Source: Burkholderiales bacterium (GTDB lineage Bacteria; Pseudomonadota; Gammaproteobacteria; Burkholderiales; Burkholderiaceae_C). From it: DNA of 47,498 nucleotides. Of this stretch, positions 9,680 through 19,180 are shown in pieces; the first letter of the stretch is position 1, and every line of letters begins with the position of its first letter. The DNA lies in the NCBI GenBank assembly GCA_031403815.1, contig JANNGJ010000142.1, positions 1 to 47,498 on the forward strand. Direction: 5' to 3'. Position numbers and translations under genes: made by a program. The notes below the pieces were generated by a model. It saw nothing but the letters and a program-made list of their open reading frames with translations, did no database searches and was not told where the DNA came from.

Positions 9680-10195
9680 TCACGCGCGCGGCGCTTCGTC
9701 GCGCGTCTTCTTCAGCATCTTGGTCTTGATGCGATCACGCTTGAGCAGGCTCAGGTACTCCACAAAAACCTTGCCCACCAGATGGTCCATCTCATGCTGG
9801 ACGCACACCGACTCGAGCCCCTCGGCGTCGAACTCGTAGTGGTGGCCATCGCGGCCGAGCGCGCTCACGCTGACCCGCGCATGACGGGGCACCTTGTCAT
9901 ACACCGCAGGCACCGACAGGCAGCCTTCGTCGCCCAGCACCATCTCGTCGCTGCGCGCGATCAAGGCCGGGTTGATCAGAACACGTGGCCGGTCGCGGGT
10001 CTCCGAGGTGTCGATCACGATCACGCACTCGTGCACATCGACCTGGGTCGCGGCCAGGCCGACGCCGTCGGCCTCGTACATCGTCGCCAGCATGTCGTCG
10101 ACGAGTTGGCGGATGCGAGCGTCCACCGCCGTGACCGGCTTGGCCACCGTGTGCAGACGTGGGTCGGGGTAGCGCAGGATGGGCAACAGGCTCAT
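9680..10195 (-). CDS. def: peptide deformylase
   Basis: From ATG 10195: [15 protein letters not shown]...GVGLAATQV...EGCLSVP...HEMDHL, the three deformylase motifs. Confidence 0.95.
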   Translation of the reverse strand: MSLLPILRYPDPRLHTVAKPVTAVDARIRQLVDDMLATMYEADGVGLAATQVDVHECVIVIDTSETRDRPRVLINPALIARSDEMVLGDEGCLSVPAVYDKVPRHARVSVSALGRDGHHYEFDAEGLESVCVQHEMDHLVGKVFVEYLSLLKRDRIKTKMLKKTRDEAPRA

Positions 10196-10470
10196 GGTTC
10201 GTGAAATAGTGCGCACGCGACGCAGCGCAAGGTGGGCGGGTCGCAAGCCCGGCAACGGGGTTCGTGAAAGGTGCCACGCCGAGTCAGTGCACGGGGCAGT
10301 TTCATTGCGATATCAAGGGTTTAGAGGCAGAATCTGCCAAACTGTATGAGCATTTTCGCTGGCCCTTCCGAGTCCCGCCAACGGGACGGCTCAAAGACCA
10401 CGAAGGCCTGACAACGGCACCATTTTCGCATCGCTGCCGACGTTGGCAGCGGCCCGGGGAGACTCAGTTC

Positions 10471-11625
10471 ATGATCCGAAGCCACGCCATCCGCATTGCC
10501 ACCTCCGCTTTCAGCAGCAGCCTGCTGCTGGCTGTTTGCGGTGCCCATGCGGCCACCTACCCGGTCACGCCGCAGCAGCGCAGCGCCGCGCAGCAAGTGG
10601 CGCAAGCCGGCGTGCCGCTGTCGGAACTGGCGCCCAACGCACCCGATTCGCACACGGTCAAGCGCGGCGACACGCTGTGGGACATCTCCAAGCTCTTCCT
10701 CAAGACACCCTGGCGCTGGCCGGAGCTGTGGGGCATGAACCTCGAACAGATCCGCAATCCGCACTTGATCTACCCGGGGCAGGTGCTGGTGCTCGACAAG
10801 TCGGGTGGACGCGCGCGTTTGCGTCTGGCCCAGGACGGCCCCGACGGTACGGTCAAGTTGAGCCCGCGCGTGCGCAGTGAAAGCCTGGGCGATGGCGGCG
10901 TGCCTGCCGTGCCGATGCACTTGATTGCGCCCTTCATGAACGAAGGCGTGGTGTTCACTGCCAATGAACTCGAGCGCGCGCCGCGGGTCGTGGCGGCACC
11001 CGATGATCGCGTCATGATCGGCCGCGGTGACAAGGCCTATGTGCTGGGCGAAATTGGCGGCCTGCGCGATTGGCGCGTTTTCCGCCAAGCCACACCACTG
11101 CGCGACCCGACCACGAAAGAGATCCTCGGCTACGAGGCGCGCTTCCTCGGCACTGCGAGCTATCTGCGTGAGGGCGGCAGCGCGGCTTCGGTGGGTGGCA
11201 AACCCGGCTTGGCCATCCCGGCAACCTTCGAGATGGTGAGCGTCAAGGAAGAAGTCGGCGTCGGCGACCGCCTGGCACCGGTGCCACCGAGAGACTTCAG
11301 CAACTTCGTGCCCCATGCCCCGAGCAAGCCTGTCAGTGGGCAGATTGTTTCCGTCTACGGCGAAGGCTTGATCGCAGGCCAGAACCAGGTGGTTGCCATC
11401 AACCGGGGCGCAGCCGACGGCATGGAGCGTGGTCACGTACTGGCCGTTCTGCGCGACGGACCGCAGGTCACAGATCGCACCTCGGCCGTACCGACCCAGA
11501 TCAAGCTGCCCGACGAGCGCCACGGCTTACTGTTCGTGTTCCGCGTCTTCGACCGGGTGTCCTATGGCCTGGTGCTCCAGGTGCAGCAGCCGGTGTCTGC
11601 CGGCGACCGCTTCACGCAACCCTGA
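10471..11625 (+). CDS. LysM peptidoglycan-binding domain-containing exported protein
   Basis: ORF 10264..11625 trimmed to ATG 10471. It has a signal peptide (…LLLAVCGAHAA) and a LysM motif (HTVKRGDTLWDISKLFLKTPWRWPELW...NPHLIYPGQVLVL). It sits in the conserved position upstream of dprA. Confidence 0.8.
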   Translation: MIRSHAIRIATSAFSSSLLLAVCGAHAATYPVTPQQRSAAQQVAQAGVPLSELAPNAPDSHTVKRGDTLWDISKLFLKTPWRWPELWGMNLEQIRNPHLIYPGQVLVLDKSGGRARLRLAQDGPDGTVKLSPRVRSESLGDGGVPAVPMHLIAPFMNEGVVFTANELERAPRVVAAPDDRVMIGRGDKAYVLGEIGGLRDWRVFRQATPLRDPTTKEILGYEARFLGTASYLREGGSAASVGGKPGLAIPATFEMVSVKEEVGVGDRLAPVPPRDFSNFVPHAPSKPVSGQIVSVYGEGLIAGQNQVVAINRGAADGMERGHVLAVLRDGPQVTDRTSAVPTQIKLPDERHGLLFVFRVFDRVSYGLVLQVQQPVSAGDRFTQP

Positions 11626-11670
11626 CCTGCCGCGGGTCGGCGCAGCGCGGACCCGCCCCAGGCGCCTGCG

Positions 11671-12771
11671 ATGGCCCGGCCGGATGACCTGGACGCTTGG
11701 CTGCAACTGCTGCTGACGCCGGGCATCGGCCGCGACAAAGCGCGCAAGTTGCTCGCAGCTTGCGGCTCGCCCCAGGCTGTGCTTGACGCGAAACCGGCCA
11801 GCCTGCGCCAACTTGCCGGCCCCAGTGCCACAGACCTGTTCAAGACGGCGCCGGAGGCGCACGCCAATCTGCTGGCCCGCACGGTGGCCTGGCTGGATGC
11901 CGATCCGGCGCGCCATGTATTGACCCTGGGCGACACCGACTACCCTGCGCTGCTGCTGCAAACCGCCGACCCGCCACTGCTGCTGTACGCGCATGGCAGG
12001 CTGGATTTGTTGAATGCACCGGCGATGGCCATCGTCGGCAGCCGCAACGCCAGTGCCCAGGGCCTGGACAACGCCCGCGCCTTCGCCCAGCATCTGAGCC
12101 AGGCTGGCCTGACGATTATTTCCGGCATGGCCCTGGGAATCGATGGCGCCGCGCACGAAGGTGGTTTGGCGGGCCGCGGCGGCACCATTGCGGTGGTCGG
12201 CACGGGGCTGGACATCATCTACCCAGCGCGCCACCGCGCGCTGGCGCACCGCATCGCTCAGCAGGGCCTGCTGCTGTCGGAGTTTGTCCTCGGCACGCCG
12301 CCACTGCAGGAGAACTTCCCGCAGCGCAATCGCCTGATCGCCGGAATGGCACGCGGCACCTTGGTGGTGGAGGCCGCCTTGGCCTCGGGCTCGCTGATCA
12401 CGGCGCGCCAGGCCCTGGAAGCCGGTCGCGATGTGTTCGCCATCCCCGGCTCGATCCACGCGCCACAGTCGCGCGGCTGCCACGCCCTGATCAAGCAGGG
12501 CGCCAAACTGGTCGACTCGGCCGACGACATTCTGGGCGAGTTGAACTGGGGGCCACCGGTTGCTTTGCCTGGCACGCCGTCGCCCGACGAGCCGGACCGC
12601 GACCACGCCCTGCTCGCAGCCTTGGGGCAAGACCCTGTGACGATGGACGCGCTGCTGGCCCGCACAGGCGACAGCGCCGCAGCGCTCAGCGGCCGCTTGC
12701 TCGCGCTTGAACTCGACGGCCGCGTGGCCCGGTTGCCCGGAGGGCTTTACCAGCGACGCAGCCCGGCCTGA
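11671..12771 (+). CDS. dprA: DNA-processing protein DprA (Smf)
   Basis: 366-aa ORF with ...AIVGSRNASAQG...IISGMALGIDGAAHEGGL...GTGLDIIYP..H..LA..I...G.LLSEF...P....FP.RNR.IAG.... It is followed by smg. Confidence 0.9.
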   Translation: MARPDDLDAWLQLLLTPGIGRDKARKLLAACGSPQAVLDAKPASLRQLAGPSATDLFKTAPEAHANLLARTVAWLDADPARHVLTLGDTDYPALLLQTADPPLLLYAHGRLDLLNAPAMAIVGSRNASAQGLDNARAFAQHLSQAGLTIISGMALGIDGAAHEGGLAGRGGTIAVVGTGLDIIYPARHRALAHRIAQQGLLLSEFVLGTPPLQENFPQRNRLIAGMARGTLVVEAALASGSLITARQALEAGRDVFAIPGSIHAPQSRGCHALIKQGAKLVDSADDILGELNWGPPVALPGTPSPDEPDRDHALLAALGQDPVTMDALLARTGDSAAALSGRLLALELDGRVARLPGGLYQRRSPA

Positions 12772-12817
12772 GTCCGTGCGTGCGGGTCATCGGGAGGCCC
12801 TGCGGTATAGTAATTTC

Positions 12818-13270
12818 ATGTTCGATGTGCTGGTGTATTTGTACGAAAACTACTGGCGACCGGATGCGTGCCCGGACCATGCACAGCTCACGCGCAAGCT
12901 TTCGGCGGTCGGCTTCGAGAGCGACGAGATCCAGGACGCTCTGAGCTGGCTGGATGGCTTGTCCAGTACCGCCGAGGCCTATGGCGGCGAGCAAAGTGCC
13001 GACGCCATGCGTGTGTACACGCCCGCCGAGCAGGAGTTGCTTGGCGAAGAGTCAATAGGCTTCGTCAGCTTTCTCGAATCCGCCGGGGTCCTGCCGCCGC
13101 CGATGCGCGAGATGGTGATCGACCGCGCGAGTGCGATCGGCGCCAATCCGATCGAGCTCGACGATCTCAAGGTCATCGTTCTGATGGTCTTCTGGAGCCT
13201 GGGCGAAGAGCCCGACGCGCTGATCCTCGACGAGCTGTTTGTCGCGCCCGAAGACCGGCTGATTCACTGA
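12818..13270 (+). CDS. smg: Smg (DUF494) protein
   Basis: ORF 12707..13270 trimmed to ATG 12818. MFDVLVYLYENYWRPDACPD...LSAVGFESDEIQDALSWL is the typical Smg N-terminus. Confidence 0.85.
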   Translation: MFDVLVYLYENYWRPDACPDHAQLTRKLSAVGFESDEIQDALSWLDGLSSTAEAYGGEQSADAMRVYTPAEQELLGEESIGFVSFLESAGVLPPPMREMVIDRASAIGANPIELDDLKVIVLMVFWSLGEEPDALILDELFVAPEDRLIH

Positions 13271-13296
13271 CGGATAGCGGGCAGCAAGTGCCCACA

Positions 13297-13322
13297 GAAG
13301 AAGGGCCGAAGGCCCGCTTCTC
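13297..13322. terminator. hairpin between convergent smg and DUF1631 genes (possible bidirectional terminator)
   Basis: gaagaagggcc-gaa-ggcccgcttc forms a GC-rich stem (gggcc/ggccc plus gaag/cttc). The U-tracts are weak and the hairpin overlaps the DUF1631 stop codon. Confidence 0.4.
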
Positions 13323-15570
13323 AATTCAAAAGTCTCGCAGGATCGTTGTCGAGCTTGGCCAGCGCGGTGCGCGTGGCCCTCACGGTCAACGCCTCGTCTT
13401 GCGCCGGCAGCAGCAAGCCCGCCTGCAGGAAAGAGGCCAGGCGATGCTGTTCAAACAACAGGCAGCGGCCACTGGCGGTGACGAACAGCGACAGGTGCCG
13501 ACGCATACCCTGCCAAGCTAACTGCACACCTTCGTTGCGGTTGTTGTACTCAAGCATGTACCAGCTACCGACCTGCAGTTCGCGCGCCCAGGACAACATC
13601 GCGGGCGTTGGCATCGAACCGCCCTCGCCCACGACTTCGAGATCGCCGCTGTCGTCGCCGGAGATGTCGAGCATCAAGGTCTGGTCGAGCTGCACATCGT
13701 TCGCATCGGGCAGCAGCTCTTCGAGCGCCTCCAGGCGCTCGCGCAACTCTTCGAAGCGCTCGGGTGGAATCGCCGCGGCCTTGGCACTGAAGGCAGCCGC
13801 CAGCGAGTCATTCAAGGAACGCACATGTTCGTCGCGCTTGGACGCCGCCACGCCAGCCGACTCCATGCCCTCACGCAACTGCTTGAGCAGCGGTGGCAGG
13901 CGACGGATCACGTCGGCGCGCTCCTCGCGCGAGACCTTGGCGCCGGCCGACCAGATCAGGTCCGTGGCGGCCTTGCGCATGGCCTTGGTCTTGTCGGACT
14001 GCGCGCCATGACGCACCGCCGCCAAGGCCAGCACGTCGGCCCAGACCTGGAACAGGAACTGGCGCACGCCCTCCTGCACCGGGACTTCATTGAGCATCTT
14101 GCGCAGCTCGATGGTGTACTGGATCGCCAGAGTCTCGCGCTGCTCGACCTGCTGGGCCAGTGACACGCCGCGCTTGGTGGCCGCGTTCTCGCTCTTGAAG
14201 TAGTGCTCAAGGAAGCGCTCGAACTCGGTGAGCACGGTCTGGAACACGCGCCGGCCGGTGTCGGGGTAGGCCTCGACGACCTGCACCACGCGCTTGATCT
14301 CGCCTTCGAGCGCGTCGCCGACGGCACTGGCCGAGGCATCAAAGCCCATCACGCAGGCGCCCATGCGGTCGATCAGACGCCGTGCAGGGTGGTCGATGGT
14401 GGCAAAAAAGTCGGGCTCGCCCACCGCCACTCGCAGCACCGGCATCTGCAAGCGCGCGAACCAGACGCGCACGGCCGACGGGATGCGCTCCTCCGTCAGG
14501 ATGCTCTGGAACAGCAAGGCCACGATCTCGATCGTGGCCCGCTCCACCGGCGTTTCCGCCGCCCGCTTGAGCGCCTGCTTGCGCAGGTTCAACTCTTCGA
14601 GCAGTTGCGGCGATACCGTGGCCGTGGCCGAGCCAGCCTCATTGCGGTCGATCCGCCGCTGCACGCCTTGCTGCGCCTGGCCGATCGCGGCGGCCAGTGC
14701 CGGCGAGACCGTGCGCTGGTGGCCCGCGCGTGCGGTGTCGGCAAATGCCGGCACTTGGCGCTCGATCATGCGGTTCAGGCGCGTCATGACCGCGATTGCG
14801 TTGTCGCCGCCGGGGCCGTGGACATCGCTGCCGGCGCCCGCGCCGCCCGAGCGCGTCATCAAGCGCGTTTCGTCGTTGACCAGGCCTGCGTAGCCGGTGG
14901 TCGCGCCGCCGCGAGAGCGCCGGATCAGCGGCCGTAAATCGATGTCGGGGAGCACGCGTTGTGCAACCAGCCAACTGTTGACTTCGTGATACGCCTCTTG
15001 CACGAGCAGGCCGAACTCTTCGTGCAGCACGGGCTGCAAGTCGCGCAGGCCCTTGTCCTCGAGGCCGGCATCAACCCAGGACTGCGTCACGATGCGCGCC
15101 AGCACGTGGGTGCGCAGCAAGTCGTGGGGGTCGAGCTCGTCGCGCATCTCGAGCAGCGCCACCCGGGTGCGCAAGTCGTTGAACTCCGACCCGGCACGGT
15201 CCATGATGGCCAGGGCCAGGCGCGAGGTCAGGATCTCCCGGTCCATGGTCTCGTCGTCGACCAGGGACAGCTTCTTCGTCGGGCCGCCGAAGTCGCTACT
15301 GCGTGCAACTGGCACGCCCTGACGCAAGGCCTCCTGCATGGCCGCGACGATGCCCTGATGCCAGGCCACGCCGTGCGCCTTGAGCGCGACGGCCGCATCC
15401 CGCAGCCGGCCGACAATGCCGGGATCGGCCGCAGCCGTGGTGGCGCGCTCGGAAGCCACAGCCCAGACCACGACTGACGTGACCAGCTGAGGCAGCCCTT
15501 TGACGAGCTCTTCCGTATACAGGCGGCGCGCTTGTTGGGCCAGGCTGGCTTGATCGCCGACAGTCGCCAT
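13321..15570 (-). CDS. DUF1631 family protein (large cytoplasmic protein of unknown function)
   Basis: 749-aa ORF from ATG 15570. The central segment ...RVWFARLQMPVLRVAVGEPDFFATIDHPARRLIDRMG... matches my memory of DUF1631 proteins. No catalytic motif was recognised. Confidence 0.6.
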   Translation of the reverse strand: MATVGDQASLAQQARRLYTEELVKGLPQLVTSVVVWAVASERATTAAADPGIVGRLRDAAVALKAHGVAWHQGIVAAMQEALRQGVPVARSSDFGGPTKKLSLVDDETMDREILTSRLALAIMDRAGSEFNDLRTRVALLEMRDELDPHDLLRTHVLARIVTQSWVDAGLEDKGLRDLQPVLHEEFGLLVQEAYHEVNSWLVAQRVLPDIDLRPLIRRSRGGATTGYAGLVNDETRLMTRSGGAGAGSDVHGPGGDNAIAVMTRLNRMIERQVPAFADTARAGHQRTVSPALAAAIGQAQQGVQRRIDRNEAGSATATVSPQLLEELNLRKQALKRAAETPVERATIEIVALLFQSILTEERIPSAVRVWFARLQMPVLRVAVGEPDFFATIDHPARRLIDRMGACVMGFDASASAVGDALEGEIKRVVQVVEAYPDTGRRVFQTVLTEFERFLEHYFKSENAATKRGVSLAQQVEQRETLAIQYTIELRKMLNEVPVQEGVRQFLFQVWADVLALAAVRHGAQSDKTKAMRKAATDLIWSAGAKVSREERADVIRRLPPLLKQLREGMESAGVAASKRDEHVRSLNDSLAAAFSAKAAAIPPERFEELRERLEALEELLPDANDVQLDQTLMLDISGDDSGDLEVVGEGGSMPTPAMLSWARELQVGSWYMLEYNNRNEGVQLAWQGMRRHLSLFVTASGRCLLFEQHRLASFLQAGLLLPAQDEALTVRATRTALAKLDNDPARLLN

Positions 15571-15630
15571 AGGGGATCGGTAGAGCCTTTGTTCCTGGGG
15601 TCTGTTAACTCTACACCACCACCCGCGCGC

Positions 15631-16665
15631 TCAGACCACGGCGCCTGCGTTGGGGTCGTTCGGGTCGCCGTCCTTTGCGGACAGTTTCACGAGGTCCTCG
15701 CGCTTGACGCCGAGCCACATCACGATGGCCGCGGCGACGAACACCGAGGAGTAGATGCCGAACAAGATGCCGATGGTCAAGGCCAAGGCAAAGTAGTGCA
15801 AGGTCGGGCCGCCGAAGATCAACATCGACACCACCATCATCAGCGTGCTGCCATGGGTGATGACGGTGCGGCTGATGGTGCTGGTGATGGCGTGGTCGAT
15901 GACTTCACGGGTGTTCATTTTTCTGAACTTGCGAAAGGCCTCGCGCACCCGGTCGAAGATCACCACCGACTCGTTGACGGAGTAACCCAGCACGGCCAGC
16001 ACGGCGGCCAGCACGGCCAGCGAGAACTCCCACTGGAAGTAAGCGAAGAAGCCCAGGATGATGACCACATCGTGCAGGTTGGCGACGATGCCCGCAACCG
16101 AGAACTTCCACTCGAAGCGGAAGGCCAGATACAGCATGATGCCCACGACCGTGACGCCCAGGGCCTTGATGCCGTCCCAGGTCAGCTCTTCACCGACCGA
16201 GGGGCCGACGAACTCGGTGCGCGACAGCTTCAGCGGCTCGCTGCCGCCCGCCGCGCTGCACGAGGGCCGGCTGACCTGCTCACCTTGCGGCGTGGTGTAT
16301 TGCTTGGTCGCCACCGTGCCCGACTCGGCCTTGCACAGGGCGTCGAAGACGCGACTGGCCAGCTCGTTTTGCTTGGCATCGCCACGCAAGGGCAGGCGGA
16401 TCAGCACGTCGCGCGAGGTGCCGAAGTTCTGCACCTGGACTTCGCCCAGACCCAGGCTGTCGACGGCTGTGCGGGTTCTGCCCAGATCGGCGCTGGCGGC
16501 GTACTCGACCTCCATCACGGTGCCGCCGGTGAACTCGATCGACAAGTGCAGGCCGCGCGTGGTGAGGAAAAAGACGGCGGCGGCAAAGGTGAGGAAAGAG
16601 ATCGCGTTCAGCACCAACGCATGGCGCATGAAGGGGATGTCACGGCGGATTCTGAAGAATTCCAT
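15631..16665 (-). CDS. secF: protein translocase subunit SecF
   Basis: 344-aa ORF with MEFFRI...IPFMRHALVLNAISF...GLHLSIEFTGGT...DRVRE.... It lies directly downstream of secD. Confidence 0.93.
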   Translation of the reverse strand: MEFFRIRRDIPFMRHALVLNAISFLTFAAAVFFLTTRGLHLSIEFTGGTVMEVEYAASADLGRTRTAVDSLGLGEVQVQNFGTSRDVLIRLPLRGDAKQNELASRVFDALCKAESGTVATKQYTTPQGEQVSRPSCSAAGGSEPLKLSRTEFVGPSVGEELTWDGIKALGVTVVGIMLYLAFRFEWKFSVAGIVANLHDVVIILGFFAYFQWEFSLAVLAAVLAVLGYSVNESVVIFDRVREAFRKFRKMNTREVIDHAITSTISRTVITHGSTLMMVVSMLIFGGPTLHYFALALTIGILFGIYSSVFVAAAIVMWLGVKREDLVKLSAKDGDPNDPNAGAVV

Positions 16666-16677
16666 CTTGCTCTCTCC

Positions 16678-18561
16678 TCAGAGGTCCGCGGCCGGCTTGG
16701 CAGCGTCGGGGCGCCAGACCTGGCCGATCGACACGCCCTTGAGTTTCTTCTGCCGGCCGTACCAGAGGTTGACCAGGCCACGCGAAAAGACCACCGCCGA
16801 GAACATCGAGGTCAGGATGCCCAGGCAATGCACGACGGCGAAGCCGCGTACCGGGCCGGAGCCGAACGCGAGCAGCGCCAGACCGGCAATCAGGGTGGTG
16901 ATGTTGGAGTCCAGGATCGTGCCCCAGGCGCGCTCGTAGCCCGTTGCGATGGCCGTCTGTGCGCTGGCGCCGGCGCGCAACTCCTCTCGCACGCGCTCGT
17001 TGATCAGCACGTTGGCGTCGATGGCCATGCCCAGCGCCAGGGCAATGGCCGCAATGCCCGGCAGGGTCAGCGTGGCCTGCAACATCGACAGCGCCGCCAC
17101 CAGCAACAACAGGTTGAAGGCCAGGGCGATGGTCGAGAAGACCCCGAACAACAGGTAATACAGGCACATGAAGACAGCAATCGCAGCGAAACCGTAGATC
17201 ACGCTGTTGAAGCCAAGCTTGATGTTTTCTGCCCCCAAGCTCGGACCAATGGTGCGCTCTTCGATGATCTCCATCGGTGCGGCCAAGGAGCCAGCGCGCA
17301 AGAGCAGGGCCGTATCGGCCGCTTCGACTGTGTTCATGCGGCCGGAAATCTGCACCCGCCCGCCACCGATCTCGCTGCGGATCACGGGCGCCGTGACCAC
17401 CTCGCCCTTGCCCTTCTCGAACAGCAGGATGGCCATGCGCTTGCCGACGTTTTCGCGCGTGATGTCACGGAAGATGCGCGCGCCCTTGGCATCGAGCGTC
17501 AAGTGCACCGCCGGCTCGTTGCCGTTCTGGCCATCGAACCCAGGTTGTGCGTCGGTCAGGTTCTCGCCCGTCAGGATGACCTGACGCTTGACGATCAGCG
17601 GCGCGCCGCCTCGCTCGACATAGCGCTCGGTGCCAAAGGGCACCGGTCCGGAGCCGACGGCTGCCGCTGCCGCTTCGGCGCTGTCGTCAACCAGACGCAC
17701 TTCCAGGGTCGCGGTGCGGCCGATGATGTCCTTGGCCTTGGCCGTGTCCTGCACGCCCGGCAGCTGGACCACCACGCGGTCGGCGCCTTGCTGCTGAATC
17801 ACCGGCTCGGAGACACCCAGCTCATTGACACGGTTGTGCAGGGTCGTGATGTTCTGCTTGAGGGCCTGGTCCTGCACGGCTCGCGCAGCCTGCGGTTTGA
17901 GCGTGCCGGCCAGTTTGAAACCGTCGCCTTCCACGGTCTCGGTCCAGACCAGGTCGGGCAACTGCTCGTTGAGCAGGCGTCGCGCTGAGTCGAGCGTGGC
18001 CTTGTCGCGAAAACGCACCTCGACCGTATTGCCGTCGCGCGCAATGCCGGCATGGCGAATGCTCTTGTCGCGCAACAGGATGCGCAGGTCACCGGTCAGT
18101 GCCTCGGCCTTCTTGGTCAGCGCCGACTTCATATCGACCTGCATCAGAAAGTGCACGCCGCCGCGCAGATCCAGCCCGAGGTACATCGGCAGCGCGTGCA
18201 GCTTCGCCATCCACTGCGGTGACCTCGACACCAGGTTCAGTGCCACGATGTACTGTGGATCGGACGGGTCGGTGTTGAGGGCCTTGGCTATCGTGTCCTT
18301 CGCCTTGAGCTGGGTGTCGGTGTCGACAAAGCGCGCCCGTACCGATGTGCCCTCAAGCGCGACAAAATCGGCGTTCACGCCGGCTGCCGTCAAGGCGGCC
18401 TGCACGCGCCCGACCAGGGCCGGCTCGACCTTGACGGTCGCCTTGCCCGAAGAGACCTGCACTGCGGGGGCCTCGCCGACGAAGTTCGGCGCGGTGTAGA
18501 GCATGCCAATCAGCAGCGCGATGACGAGCATCGCGTACTTCCACACGGGGTAGCGGTTCAT
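16678..18561 (-). CDS. secD: protein translocase subunit SecD
   Basis: 627-aa ORF with MNRYPVWKYAMLVIALLIG.LY..PN...LGLDLRGGVHF......GPSLG...I......DANVLI.ERVREE. Confidence 0.95.
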   Translation of the reverse strand: MNRYPVWKYAMLVIALLIGMLYTAPNFVGEAPAVQVSSGKATVKVEPALVGRVQAALTAAGVNADFVALEGTSVRARFVDTDTQLKAKDTIAKALNTDPSDPQYIVALNLVSRSPQWMAKLHALPMYLGLDLRGGVHFLMQVDMKSALTKKAEALTGDLRILLRDKSIRHAGIARDGNTVEVRFRDKATLDSARRLLNEQLPDLVWTETVEGDGFKLAGTLKPQAARAVQDQALKQNITTLHNRVNELGVSEPVIQQQGADRVVVQLPGVQDTAKAKDIIGRTATLEVRLVDDSAEAAAAAVGSGPVPFGTERYVERGGAPLIVKRQVILTGENLTDAQPGFDGQNGNEPAVHLTLDAKGARIFRDITRENVGKRMAILLFEKGKGEVVTAPVIRSEIGGGRVQISGRMNTVEAADTALLLRAGSLAAPMEIIEERTIGPSLGAENIKLGFNSVIYGFAAIAVFMCLYYLLFGVFSTIALAFNLLLLVAALSMLQATLTLPGIAAIALALGMAIDANVLINERVREELRAGASAQTAIATGYERAWGTILDSNITTLIAGLALLAFGSGPVRGFAVVHCLGILTSMFSAVVFSRGLVNLWYGRQKKLKGVSIGQVWRPDAAKPAADL

Positions 18562-18614
18562 GGGGCGGCAACCTTCACGGCACGTTGGCGGCGCGCAGCA
18601 GGCGCCGCCGCGGA

Positions 18615-18947
18615 TTACTTGATGGTGCCCTTGGGCAGCACCTGAACGACGGACGTGCGCTGAACTTGCACCTCGACATTGGCGGCCACTTCGACCGAGA
18701 CATAGGTCTCGCCGAGCTTGCTTATCTTGCCCAGCAGCCCGCCGCCGATGACCACTTCGTCGCCCTTGGCGATGGCGTCGATCATCGCCTTGTGCTCCTT
18801 CTGGCGCTTCATTTGCGGCCGGATCATGATGAAGTACAGCACCACAAACATCAGCACCAGCGGCAGCAGGCTGAACAGGGTCGACTCGGTACTGGCGCCG
18901 CCCGCGGCTGCGGGTGCGGTCTGGGCAAAGGCTTCAGAGATGAACAC
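18615..18947 (-). CDS. yajC: preprotein translocase subunit YajC
   Basis: C-terminal part of ORF 18615..19064. A GTG at 18947 gives MFISEAFAQ...LLPLVLMFVVLYFIMIRPQMKRQKEHKAMI..I.KGDEVV..GG..GKI, the canonical YajC sequence. It lies upstream of secD. Confidence 0.88.
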   Translation of the reverse strand: MFISEAFAQTAPAAAGGASTESTLFSLLPLVLMFVVLYFIMIRPQMKRQKEHKAMIDAIAKGDEVVIGGGLLGKISKLGETYVSVEVAANVEVQVQRTSVVQVLPKGTIK

Positions 18948-19180
18948 GTCAACGATCCTGGTAGTGAAGAGCCACAACAGAGGTGGCTCAGGCCCAGCAA
19001 ACCCACATCGGGGTTCGCAGGGACGGGAACCGTGAGCCGCCGCAGGGCGGCCCGGCTCGCGCAAGGCCGCGGATTCTAGTCTGAACCCTCATCCCGGGCG
19101 CTGGCTTTGCCCGTAGCTGGCGCAGGCATTGCCGCGGTCAGATCGCTCGGCACCGCGCCCAGGCCCGCTAGGATGGGCAG

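Noticed and set aside
10321-12630. 400-aa and 367-aa minus-strand ORFs (10321..11523 and 11527..12630), and likewise 19076..20194
   Set aside because: They are antisense to the lysM-domain gene, dprA and the UbiH-family gene respectively, and show no family motifs.
15532-17988. 818-aa ORF on the plus strand
   Set aside because: It is antisense to secF and secD. It is low-complexity (Gly/Ala/Arg/Asp/His-rich) with no recognisable motif, which is a typical high-GC antisense artefact.
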